The position numbers and the translations under genes were made by a program. A stretch of 13,984 nt of DNA from Candidatus Sordicultor aquaticus (GTDB lineage: Bacteria > Atribacterota > Atribacteria > Atribacterales > Caldatribacteriaceae). The notes under the pieces were generated by a model, which was not told where the DNA came from, searched no databases, and saw only the letters and a program-made list of their open reading frames with translations. Positions 1 to 7,648 of the stretch are shown in pieces. How positions within the stretch are numbered: position 1 is the stretch's first letter; each line of letters begins with the position of its first letter. The stretch covers positions 1 to 13,984 of the forward strand of contig JAGPEW010000005.1 of the NCBI GenBank assembly GCA_018056825.1, read 5' to 3'.

Positions 1-346
1 TTCTATTCCAGATAAAAAAAACCGGGGCTTTAATCTCCTCTAATAATTCCTGTATTCTTTGGTAAAGAGGAATTAATTGCTTATTCTTTACTTTAAATTG
101 TCCATTTAGTTGTTTAACTATTAATTGGCTATCACAATAAAATTCAACTAGATCAGCTGGCAGATTCTTAATTTCTTCCAAGCCTCTAATAACTGCCTGA
201 TATTCAGCAATATTGTTTGTTCCGGTGCCCATAATCTCATTAATCTTTTTCCATAATTCACCATCTCGGTAAATAACTACCCCAATAGCCATATTACCTG
301 GATTAGGAATGCAAGAGCCATCTGCTCGTACTAATATTTTGGTCAT
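1..346 (-). CDS. rnhA: Ribonuclease HI-like protein. Start codon at 344-346; the C-terminus runs off the window at position 1.
   Basis: Reverse-complement translation gives MTKILVRADGSCIPNPGNMAIGVVIY...TNNIAEYQAVIRGLEE. This matches the RNase H type-1 signature (DGSC..NPG..G.G, TNN.AEY.A...L). Confidence 0.75.
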   Translation of the reverse strand, partial: MTKILVRADGSCIPNPGNMAIGVVIYRDGELWKKINEIMGTGTNNIAEYQAVIRGLEEIKNLPADLVEFYCDSQLIVKQLNGQFKVKNKQLIPLYQRIQELLEEIKAPVFFIWNR

Positions 347-360
347 AAAATCCCTCTTTT

Positions 361-837
361 TTAAGAACGATAAACAGAATTAAGTTTTTCTTTTAGAAAT
401 GACCTTAAATATGCTACTTCATCAATAAAATGAACTTTACCTTCTTCCTGGTATGGTTTAAGCCAGTTACCAGCATCAAATCTAAATAATATTACTTCCT
501 TACCATAGTTTAAGGCCAGGGCAATTTCAGAAATAGTTCCAGCCCTACCCGGTAAAGCTACAATTATATCGCTACTTAAGATATTAATTACATTTCTAGC
601 TATCCCCATACCAGTAACTATAGGAATATCTATATACTGTGACGCCCAATGAGGTTCATCAGTTGGTAAAATACCTATGGTCATGCCACCATAATCTTTA
701 GCCCCTCTTGCTGAAGCTTCCATGATACCGGAGGCTCGACCTCCATTTAACAGAATCCACCCTTCCTGGGCAATCATGGCTCCAATTTGATAGGCATATT
801 CTTCATCTTCTGGATTTATAAATTGAGCACCACCCAT
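361..837 (-). CDS. LOG / TIGR00725-family Rossmann-fold protein (SLOG, lysine-decarboxylase-like nucleotide-binding).
   Basis: The 158-aa ORF contains GGRASGIMEASARGAKDYGGMTIGILP and PGRAGTISEIALAL, which are typical LOG/TIGR00725 motifs. Confidence 0.7.
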   Translation of the reverse strand: MGGAQFINPEDEEYAYQIGAMIAQEGWILLNGGRASGIMEASARGAKDYGGMTIGILPTDEPHWASQYIDIPIVTGMGIARNVINILSSDIIVALPGRAGTISEIALALNYGKEVILFRFDAGNWLKPYQEEGKVHFIDEVAYLRSFLKEKLNSVYRS

Positions 838-1310
838 AACCCCAATAATTATTTTTTTAATGGAACATCCCCCTCCTTTTTTAAAATAATAAATTTTTTA
901 CTATTTTTACTTTTTATTTTATTATATACTATACTATAATTATGTCATTTAGATAATACAAGATTTTGGTAGGTATTTTCAGGAATTAACTTGCCAATGA
1001 GTTAATAAAACTTGTCCTCGTGAAAAGGGTGAAAGATATACTTACCTCAAGAAATAAATTAAAGAAAAAGAAGAAACCTTCTCTATAGATAACTAGATCA
1101 GAAGGCAAGCTAAAATTCCAGTACCTAAAGCTATTAGTCTTTAAATTAACGATAATGGTAGGTCAGCAGGTTTTTTAGGAGATTTTCCAGTTCCTTGATT
1201 AGCAATTAAGAAAAGAGAGAACAATGGGACACTTACTAACTGTGGTAAAAGAAGTAAATACCTCTTGACTATTTTAGGTAAGGTAATACCGCCTACCGAA
1301 AATATCCTTG

Positions 1311-1343
1311 ATAACTAAAACTAAAGCAAAACCCCTCTATTTA
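1311..1343 (-). terminator. Possible oligo-T (archaeal-type or weak intrinsic) terminator after the zinc-ribbon gene.
   Basis: On the minus strand, immediately after the TAA stop at 1344-1346, the sequence reads GAGGGGTTTTGCTTTAGTTTTAGTTAT. There are three T-runs but no strong hairpin. Confidence 0.2.
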
Positions 1344-1583
1344 TTATCTTTTAAAAATTGAACCATCTTGGAGGCCTCGTCTTGCCGGTTTTACTCCTAT
1401 CTTCTCCGCTTTTGCCCCACACTTAGGACAAAATTTATAGTTTTGCCAAAATCTCCAGATGAAGCCACAGTGGGAACAGGCTATAGTCAGCGGTTCACCA
1501 CACTCTCGGCAATAATCGTCCCCACTACTGGCTATGGTTGCTTTACATTTAGGGCATTGAAATGCCCCGCTTTTTCCCTCCAT
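1344..1583 (-). CDS. Small double zinc-ribbon protein.
   Basis: 79 aa with two Cys4 ribbons: CPKC...CREC and CSHC...CPKC. It lies 75 bp downstream of the GvpO-like gene on the same strand. Confidence 0.65.
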   Translation of the reverse strand: MEGKSGAFQCPKCKATIASSGDDYCRECGEPLTIACSHCGFIWRFWQNYKFCPKCGAKAEKIGVKPARRGLQDGSIFKR

Positions 1584-1658
1584 TTTCCTCTTCCTTTCTT
1601 TTTTATACCTTTGTATTTCAAATATTATTTTGTTAGCCTTTCTTTATCCGTCTTCCCT

Positions 1659-1916
1659 TTATCCTTCTTCTCCAGTGTCACTGCGTTTACGCAAGCCCTT
1701 TCTTTCGTAGCTAATGAGCTCGCCATCTTCATTTAAAATAACCTCATAATTTCCTAAGAGATCCATAGCATCAGGAATAGATTTTTTTTCCACCATTTCA
1801 ATAGTAACATGCCAACCCTTTTCATCTTTAAATACTCCCGTAACTCCTGAGGGTTTTAGTTTAGAAAGTTCCATTAATTCTTTTACTGCACGTTCAATTG
1901 CCTCGTTTGCCTTCAT
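1659..1916 (-). CDS. gvpO: GvpO-like gas-vesicle protein.
   Basis: The 85-aa ORF contains GVTGVFKDEKGWHVTIEMVEKKSIPDAMDLLGNYEVILNEDGELISYERKG. This fits the GvpO pattern (DDGW.V.V.VVE...PD..D..G.YEV.LD.DGEL..Y.R). A GGGGGAG Shine-Dalgarno sits about 10 nt upstream. Confidence 0.6.
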   Translation of the reverse strand: MKANEAIERAVKELMELSKLKPSGVTGVFKDEKGWHVTIEMVEKKSIPDAMDLLGNYEVILNEDGELISYERKGLRKRSDTGEEG

Positions 1917-1968
1917 TCGGGTACCGCTCCCCCCTTCTTTTTTGGTTGGAAATTCTAATTATGTTTGA

Positions 1969-2553
1969 TTATGCTTTTATAGCTTTAATTTGTAATATAC
2001 CATTTTTATAGCTTAAATATAACTCCTGTTTAACCGGGTAGGGTAAATTTACCTCTTTATAATATTCTCGCAAGTTACCCTGAGCAGAGATAGTGAGGAC
2101 ATTACCTTTTACCTCAGTTTTAATATCTTGCTCGGCTACCCCCGGTAATTCAGCAATTATCTTTAGGTAATCCCCTTCATCGAAGATATCTATCATTACC
2201 TCTTTTTGCTGTTTTAAAGCTGAGTTTTTCGTCTTTGAAGAAGGTCTAGGATTCCCCACCGTAGTTCGAGGAGGAATAATTGTCCTTCTCCCTTCCTTGG
2301 AGTCTATTTTTTTTAAAGGAGTTACTTTTAACTGTCGGTCTACCTCTTTATTAATCACCCTTAGTCTTTCCTTAAAGGCTTCTGATTTTTCTAATTCTTT
2401 GGTAATATCTCCCAAGCCTGGAATAAACTTCCCCAGTCCGCGGACGACACTACCCGCTACTCCTTCTGCTTCCTCTTCTTTGTCTTTGGCTTCCAACTTT
2501 TTAAATTTCTCTTCTAGTTCTTTTAGCTTTTCTTTCTGGTCTTGATCTTCCAT
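1969..2553 (-). CDS. gvpH: GvpH-like protein with a C-terminal Hsp20/alpha-crystallin domain.
   Basis: The C-terminus reads IDIFDEGDYLKIIAELPGVAEQDIK...SYKNGILQIK, an alpha-crystallin-like beta-sandwich. The N-terminal half is K/E-rich. It is paralogous to the ORFs at 10400-10939 and 4180-4677. Confidence 0.6.
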   Translation of the reverse strand: MEDQDQKEKLKELEEKFKKLEAKDKEEEAEGVAGSVVRGLGKFIPGLGDITKELEKSEAFKERLRVINKEVDRQLKVTPLKKIDSKEGRRTIIPPRTTVGNPRPSSKTKNSALKQQKEVMIDIFDEGDYLKIIAELPGVAEQDIKTEVKGNVLTISAQGNLREYYKEVNLPYPVKQELYLSYKNGILQIKAIKA

Positions 2554-2578
2554 TTTATCCCTCCCCTAGGAAGTTTAA

Positions 2579-3835
2579 TTATTTACCTTTACTTCCTTTA
2601 CTTTCTTCTGCCGAGGTAGTAGGTTTATCCACAAAGCTATAAGGGGGCCAGGGCCCTGAGAAATGAACGGATAGCCCTTCCATATTATTAATTATTTCCA
2701 GCTCATTTCCCAACTCCTCAACCTTCTCTTTAGGCACCAAACAAGATAGATTCATCATCATTACCTTGTTCTTATCCACCTTCTTGGTCTTTTCCACCTT
2801 AATTTCTTCCACACATTTTTTTATTCTTCCATAAAATTCCTCAAAATATTTATCCGCCAGCTTATCCATCTCTTGTTTTGCGATATTCTCCAGCTTTTGC
2901 TTATACATATAAGCCATTCCTGGAGATTTGGAGGCCATTTCCTCTTTTATTTTTCTAATCTCCTCACTTTGTTTTGAAATTTGTTCACTTATTACTTGAG
3001 GATCGTAGGAGATCTGTATTCCATATTCCTCTTTTCCTTTAATCTTCTTTATAATTGTCTGATAACTTTCGTAATCTTCTTTTAGCCAATCCTTTACTAC
3101 CTTGGTGGAATCAGCATTATCTTTAGGCTGAATTATGGTATCAAAGCCCAGCGGAAGGATGGTATCAAATCTCTCTTTGGCTACATCGAGGACTCTTTGA
3201 TGGCTCTTTACCCACTCCTTTACCTTCTCATTATCCTCGGAGGCATAGGGCTCCAGAGGACAGTTATGAACAATAGCACATATACCTTTATAAGGGATAG
3301 TATAAACTTCACTACCCTCTATCCCTATTTTCCCTAAGCTTATTGTTTCTCCCCTATTGGCTATACCATAAAGGTATCTCCCTTCAGCTCCCCTGGAAAT
3401 TACCGGCTCTGCTTCCCTCAATTTAGCTGAACTAACTGTTTTCCTCTCTTTACTTTCACTTTTTACTGACTCGGCAGAGGGAGAAGTTTTTTTCTCAGAT
3501 TGAACCGCTGGTTCTTCTTTCTCTTTAATCTCACTTTTGTCTAACTCTTCGGGGGAGGTGAGTTTTTGGAGTTCTTCCAGAGACTTCTCTAAATTTAAAA
3601 CTTTAGCCTCTATTTTTTCTAATCTTCGAGTCAAAGAAGATTGGTCTTCTTTTTGTTCGGCTTCCTTCTTAATCTCTCCCCTTTGTAAGGCAGCTATTAA
3701 GGTCATCAAAGCGTGAAGCTCTGCCTCATCAGGTTCCTGGTTCATTACCGCCAGCATCTTTTTAATATTTAACTCATTTATCTCTTCCCCCATACTATTT
3801 AACGCTAAAGCTAAAGCTATATAGGTACATTCCAT
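2579..3835 (-). CDS. gvpL: GvpF/L-family protein with a long N-terminal extension (P1/P2-stalk-like domain plus charged linker).
   Basis: The C-terminal ~265 aa read RYLYGIANRGE...ILPLGFDTII...HFSGPWPPYSFV, which are GvpF/L hallmarks. The N-terminal ~57 aa read MECTYIALALALNSMGEEINELNIKKMLAVMNQEPDEAELHALM. A ~95-aa E/K/S-rich linker follows. Confidence 0.8.
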   Translation of the reverse strand: MECTYIALALALNSMGEEINELNIKKMLAVMNQEPDEAELHALMTLIAALQRGEIKKEAEQKEDQSSLTRRLEKIEAKVLNLEKSLEELQKLTSPEELDKSEIKEKEEPAVQSEKKTSPSAESVKSESKERKTVSSAKLREAEPVISRGAEGRYLYGIANRGETISLGKIGIEGSEVYTIPYKGICAIVHNCPLEPYASEDNEKVKEWVKSHQRVLDVAKERFDTILPLGFDTIIQPKDNADSTKVVKDWLKEDYESYQTIIKKIKGKEEYGIQISYDPQVISEQISKQSEEIRKIKEEMASKSPGMAYMYKQKLENIAKQEMDKLADKYFEEFYGRIKKCVEEIKVEKTKKVDKNKVMMMNLSCLVPKEKVEELGNELEIINNMEGLSVHFSGPWPPYSFVDKPTTSAEESKGSKGK

Positions 3836-3866
3836 TTGTACAACCCCCGTCTTCGTTAAAGTCTCC

Positions 3867-4193
3867 TCAAATACCTTGCTCCTCAGCTTCCTCTTTCCAT
3901 CTCTCCGGATTTACTATCCTATCTACTACATCATCTACTATCTCATCCAAACCATCCCTTACTGCTTGCACCGAATCGGTAATCCCTTGTTCCTCTTTTA
4001 TCTCTTCAATGGCTATATCTAAATCCATTAAAGCTTCTCCCAATCTTTCCACTTCCTCTTCAGTTAAAACTCCGCTTTCCATTCTTTTAAAACCCTGAAT
4101 CCTCAAAGCATCTCTAATTATTTCCACTAAAGCCATTACCAGACCTAATAAACCGTGTTTCAGATTATCTTCATCAACATCAAGGGTAGACAT
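3867..4193 (-). CDS. gvpK: GvpK-like gas-vesicle protein.
   Basis: 108 aa containing LLGLVMALVEIIRDALRIQGFKRMESGVLTEEEVERLGEALMDLDIAIEEI. This fits the GvpK consensus (LV.LV..VVELLR....RQA.RR.E.G.L...E.ERLG..LM.LE). Confidence 0.65.
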   Translation of the reverse strand: MSTLDVDEDNLKHGLLGLVMALVEIIRDALRIQGFKRMESGVLTEEEVERLGEALMDLDIAIEEIKEEQGITDSVQAVRDGLDEIVDDVVDRIVNPERWKEEAEEQGI

Positions 4194-4677
4194 CTTTTTT
4201 CTCCTTCTTTAAGACAATTTCCAAAATACCATTTTTATAAGATTTCTTCACTATCCTTAGAGGCTGGGATAGTTTAATACTGCCCAGGTCAGCCAAAATC
4301 ACTAAACTATCCTCCTCCTCAAAGAGGTCTACTCCTCCTTTTCTGATAACCGGGATATCCTCAGTTAGCCACCAGGAGAAGAGGATCTTTTCTCCACTCA
4401 GAGGATCGATCTTCGCCTCCTCAAACTTTACCAGGGGTCGGCCTAAGATCTTCAGGGAGGTAGGATTTATCACCTCTTTTAAGCGGCTTAATACTTCATT
4501 ATGGTTTTTTGCCCCTATTAAGTTACTCAATTCTTGGATATTAGCATATCTATTCCTATAGAGAAAGATCAATATATCTCTGCTCTTTTTGTCTAAAACC
4601 TCGGCTAATTTATTTATACCCTCTTCTTTTTCTTTATCATCTATTCCTTTTCTCTCTTTATCTTTTTTCTCTTTCAT
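4180..4677 (-). CDS. Fusion of a winged-helix (wHTH) domain and a degenerate Hsp20/GvpH-like domain.
   Basis: The middle reads SRDILIFLYRNRYANIQELSNLIGAKNHNEVLSRLKEVI, which is wHTH-like. The C-terminus reads VDLFEEEDSLVILADLGSIK...SYKNGILEIVLKK, matching the C-termini of the two other Hsp20-like ORFs. Its first 14 nt overlap the gvpK start. Its stop overlaps the start of the 4674-5075 ORF (ATGA). Confidence 0.55.
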   Translation of the reverse strand: MKEKKDKERKGIDDKEKEEGINKLAEVLDKKSRDILIFLYRNRYANIQELSNLIGAKNHNEVLSRLKEVINPTSLKILGRPLVKFEEAKIDPLSGEKILFSWWLTEDIPVIRKGGVDLFEEEDSLVILADLGSIKLSQPLRIVKKSYKNGILEIVLKKEKKDVYP

Positions 4678-5075
4678 TCTTTATATCCACACCTATAGCA
4701 ACCATTTTTCTCAAACTGTTCGGTTACTAACTTGGTCCCACATTTTGGGCATTTCTGGTAATATCCCCTCTTTTTATCAATTTCCTCCAACCCGACGGAA
4801 AGACCAGAACTTTTTTTGGCCTTAGCTAACTCAATATCCTCTTCGGTCCCTTTCCAACCACAGACAAAGCATCCCTTTTCTATTAAGTCCTTTTTTATCA
4901 GCTTTTTGCCACATTGAGGACAAAAGGCATAATACTCACTTTTTTCCAATTTTTTCTTTTCTTCTTCTTGAGCCTCTTTTACATAATCTAATACTTTATC
5001 ACCAACTCCCAGAGTGGGATCGATCCCCAAAAATCCTAAATCACTAAATCTCCCCTTCTCTTTTTTTTCACTCAT
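4674..5075 (-). CDS. Double zinc-ribbon protein.
   Basis: 133 aa with two ribbons, CPQCGKK...GCFVCGW and CPKCGTK...GCYRCG. The signature matches the ribbon tails of the GvpA-like ORFs. GGAGAAGCG precedes the ATG. Confidence 0.65.
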   Translation of the reverse strand: MSEKKEKGRFSDLGFLGIDPTLGVGDKVLDYVKEAQEEEKKKLEKSEYYAFCPQCGKKLIKKDLIEKGCFVCGWKGTEEDIELAKAKKSSGLSVGLEEIDKKRGYYQKCPKCGTKLVTEQFEKNGCYRCGYKE

Positions 5076-5153
5076 CGCTTCTCCTTTCTTTGGAGATCCT
5101 TTATCTCCTGCTCAATTACTTCAATCTCTCGCTGGCAATATTCGAAATACCAT

Positions 5154-6245
5154 TTAGCATACTTTATTCATTTTTCTCTTTACTCTCGGGCTTACCCACC
5201 CACAGTAAATACATCCTCTCTCCAAAAGTTCTTTAACCGGGCTCTCTTTTCCACAATGAGGGCAGGTCTCCCTTTCCCCTTCTTCCCCTTCCTTACTTTT
5301 AGATAAGAGCTGCTCCCATTCCTGCATTGCCTTTTTATTCCCTGAAAAATACTCTTCTCTCCCTTCGTGTCTTACCACCAGTTCTTCTTCTACCTTTAAT
5401 ATCCCGCCACCTTCTTTGGCCTTCTCTATTCTTACCCCTTTTATTTCTTTTAGCTCTACCTCTAAGGCAATACTTCCATCAAAGTCATACCACCAGAGGA
5501 GTCTTTGGTTAGTAAGATAAAGATAGCCAGCTTTCCAGGTCTTACTCTTGGTCCCACCAGGGGCAGGAAGCTCCATTAAGTACCACATCTTCTCCTTGCG
5601 CACTAATTCCTCATTTTCCACTAAGAATTTTGAGGCATTATCGTCTAATACTGGTGCCGGTATCTCTTCAAATGGAAGTCCCTTCTCTTTCATTTTCTCC
5701 TCTATAGCCTTTTTTACCGTAGAAGCATCGGTAGGGTGAAGTTTTTCTATTCCCCCACTTTTAAGGAAGAGATAAAGATAGTCTGTCTTTTTTTTGGCGA
5801 TATTCTCCTTCCTTTCCATAGCATAGCCTTTAATATCTTCATATCTTGTCTCAAAAAGTATCTCGGAAGGCTCTTTTCTATACAAGAAGACCCTTTGATT
5901 AGTAACATAAATATGTCCTGGTCTCCAATTATGCCATATCCCCTTAGAATGCCACTCTGAACCAAACATCTTGATGATAACTTCTTCACCTTCTCGCAAT
6001 AAATTATCCTTCCCCTTTCGCCTTATTTCATCTCGGGCCGCCATCCTTTGTGCTTCATCCCAATCTTTCCACATTCCATAATCTAACATAGTCTGCATCC
6101 CAGCCAAAGCAGTCTTTAATTTAATCCCCAACAGAGGAATCCCCGCTATATGAATAATCAGATCGGTATCCAACATTATACCTTTATCTAGAATCCGGTC
6201 TAAGAGGTCTACTAAGGTAGTTTCTGTATTACGAGTCGGTTCCAT
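5154..6245 (-). CDS. GvpA/J/M-like domain fused to two bacterial-PH/GRAM-like domains and a C-terminal zinc ribbon.
   Basis: The N-terminus reads [48 protein letters not shown], a GvpA-family core. Two repeats follow, [16 protein letters not shown]... and [18 protein letters not shown]..., each with the G.LY.TNQRL bPH/GRAM hallmark. The C-terminus is CPHCGKES...GCIYCGW. Confidence 0.75.
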   Translation of the reverse strand: [363 protein letters not shown]

Positions 6246-6249
6246 TTAC

Positions 6250-6630
6250 TTAATTTTCCTCCAAGGGCAGGGGCGAAATTAATTTTTTTTGGGCAGCTTT
6301 GGCCTTCGCACTAATCCATCCACACCAGGGGCAACCTTCATTCATCAACTCTTCAGCAGAAACCCGCTTACCACATTGGGGACACTCTTCCTTAGCTACC
6401 TTAGCCTCTTGCCAGGCAGCAGTTTCGTAATTTGTGCCACTGGGAAATTCCAGACCATATTTAGCCGCGGTCTCAAAAGAGGCCAGGGCTGCCCTTACCT
6501 TTACCCCTAAGAGCTCCACTCCCGCTACCGATACGGTAATATCTGCATTGATAACCAATCCCTTATCTAAGATACGGTCAATAACATCCACCAAAGTAGA
6601 AGAATCATCCCGCGAAGCTTCTAAAGCCAT
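6250..6630 (-). CDS. GvpA/J/M-like protein with a C-terminal zinc ribbon.
   Basis: The N-terminus reads [50 protein letters not shown]. Compare the GvpA consensus [45 protein letters not shown]. The C-terminus is [23 protein letters not shown]. It lies 4 bp from the preceding gene. Confidence 0.8.
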   Translation of the reverse strand: [126 protein letters not shown]

Positions 6631-6633
6631 CTT

Positions 6634-6870
6634 TTATTCCTCCTTTTTTCTAATAATCTTTAACCTTTCCACCAAATCTGCTTCCAACTGAGCGTAATCT
6701 GCTTCACTTATCTTACCTTCATCTAAGAGTAATTGAAGTTCCTTAAGCCTTTTCTTTACCCCCTCCTCGGTTACCAATCGCTCTTTATCTACTTCATTTA
6801 CAATCCCTTCCAGGACTTGCTTCCCTAATTGTAAGGGGGTCGATAATAAACTACGAATAATAAAAGCCAT
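6634..6870 (-). CDS. gvpG: GvpG-like gas-vesicle protein.
   Basis: 78 aa with a hydrophobic N-terminus (MAFIIRSLLSTPLQLG) and the GvpG-like C-terminus KELQLLLDEGKISEADYAQLEADLVERLKIIR. Confidence 0.6.
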   Translation of the reverse strand: MAFIIRSLLSTPLQLGKQVLEGIVNEVDKERLVTEEGVKKRLKELQLLLDEGKISEADYAQLEADLVERLKIIRKKEE

Positions 6871-6884
6871 AGTCTATCCTCCCT

Positions 6885-7628
6885 TTAGGTCCCTTTTAGT
6901 TTTATACTAACAAAATTATAAGGTGGAACAGGACCAACATATTTAAACTTTAATTTATCTTCATATTTTTGAGCTAACTCATTTACCCTTTGGTCGAAAT
7001 TTTTTTCTTTATCTTTATCTACTAAAAAAGAAGAATTAAGGAGCATTTCAATACTAAGAGGTTTATTAAGACGACTGTCAAAGGCTATCTCCTTAAGAGA
7101 GTTATAAATTCTTTGGCCATACTTTCTTTCCCATTCAGTAACCGTGGACTCCACCAATTTACCTACCTTAAGCTGGGTTTCTTGAGCCTCCTTTGCCGAG
7201 GAAGAAGCAATTTTTTTTCTTAACTCCTGAAAGTTCTTACCCCTACTTTCAATTTCTTTAATAACTGCCTCCCTTTCCCAAAAAACTTTTACTCCTACCT
7301 CTACTTTGCCCTGGAGTTTTTTCATTTCTTTTTTTATTTCGGGATAATTCAATTCGAGGAGCTCAATTATTTTCTCTTCATTTTCCGCGACCGTTCCAAA
7401 ACTCATAGGGAGAAGGAGGTATTGTCTCATAATCTCTTCCAGAACCCGAGTATGAGCTAAAATATTCGCTCGCGTAGGATCATATTCTTTAACTTCAGCC
7501 TCGCTTACTACTGCCGCTAAATCCTGATAATTGATCGTGTATACTTTGTTTTTTTCTATCCCCAAAAAATTAAACTCTTTTCTCTCTGGTTCCTCTATAA
7601 AACCATAAATATATCTACCTATTGGCAT
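6885..7628 (-). CDS. gvpF: GvpF/L-family protein (paralog 2).
   Basis: RYIYGFIEE...DLAAVVSE...LLPMSFGTV...VGVKVFWE...YVGPVPPYNFVSI. Confidence 0.8.
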   Translation of the reverse strand: MPIGRYIYGFIEEPERKEFNFLGIEKNKVYTINYQDLAAVVSEAEVKEYDPTRANILAHTRVLEEIMRQYLLLPMSFGTVAENEEKIIELLELNYPEIKKEMKKLQGKVEVGVKVFWEREAVIKEIESRGKNFQELRKKIASSSAKEAQETQLKVGKLVESTVTEWERKYGQRIYNSLKEIAFDSRLNKPLSIEMLLNSSFLVDKDKEKNFDQRVNELAQKYEDKLKFKYVGPVPPYNFVSIKLKGT

Positions 7629-7648
7629 TTATTCCTCCCCTTATAGCT

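Noticed and set aside
928-941. Short tandem repeat tatactatactata in the spacer.
   Set aside because: It is too short and AT-rich to be meaningful alone. No array-like repetition or spacer structure is present, so it is not a CRISPR array or satellite.
1368-1736. Plus-strand ORFs from the six-frame track. They are 1368-1736, 2297-2545, 4589-4825, 5327-5512, 5548-5739, 5736-5960, 6289-6510, 6434-6691, 8157-8345, 8814-9029, 10452-10739 and 13155-13562.
   Set aside because: All lie antisense to minus-strand genes with strong protein-family support. Their translations are low-complexity, rich in S, L and F, as expected from reading K/E-rich codons backwards. The one at 1368-1736 even spans two real genes and their spacer.
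5151-5160. 14-codon mini-ORF (MLNGISNIASERLK) in the spacer between 5154-6245 and 4674-5075.
   Set aside because: It is too short, it overlaps the stop of the upstream gene in a different frame, and it has no Shine-Dalgarno. It is likely a chance ORF.
5747-5989. 80-aa minus-strand ORF nested in another frame inside the GvpA-PH-ZnR gene.
   Set aside because: It is wholly contained in a longer, well-supported ORF, has no motif and has a biased composition. It is probably an out-of-frame artefact.
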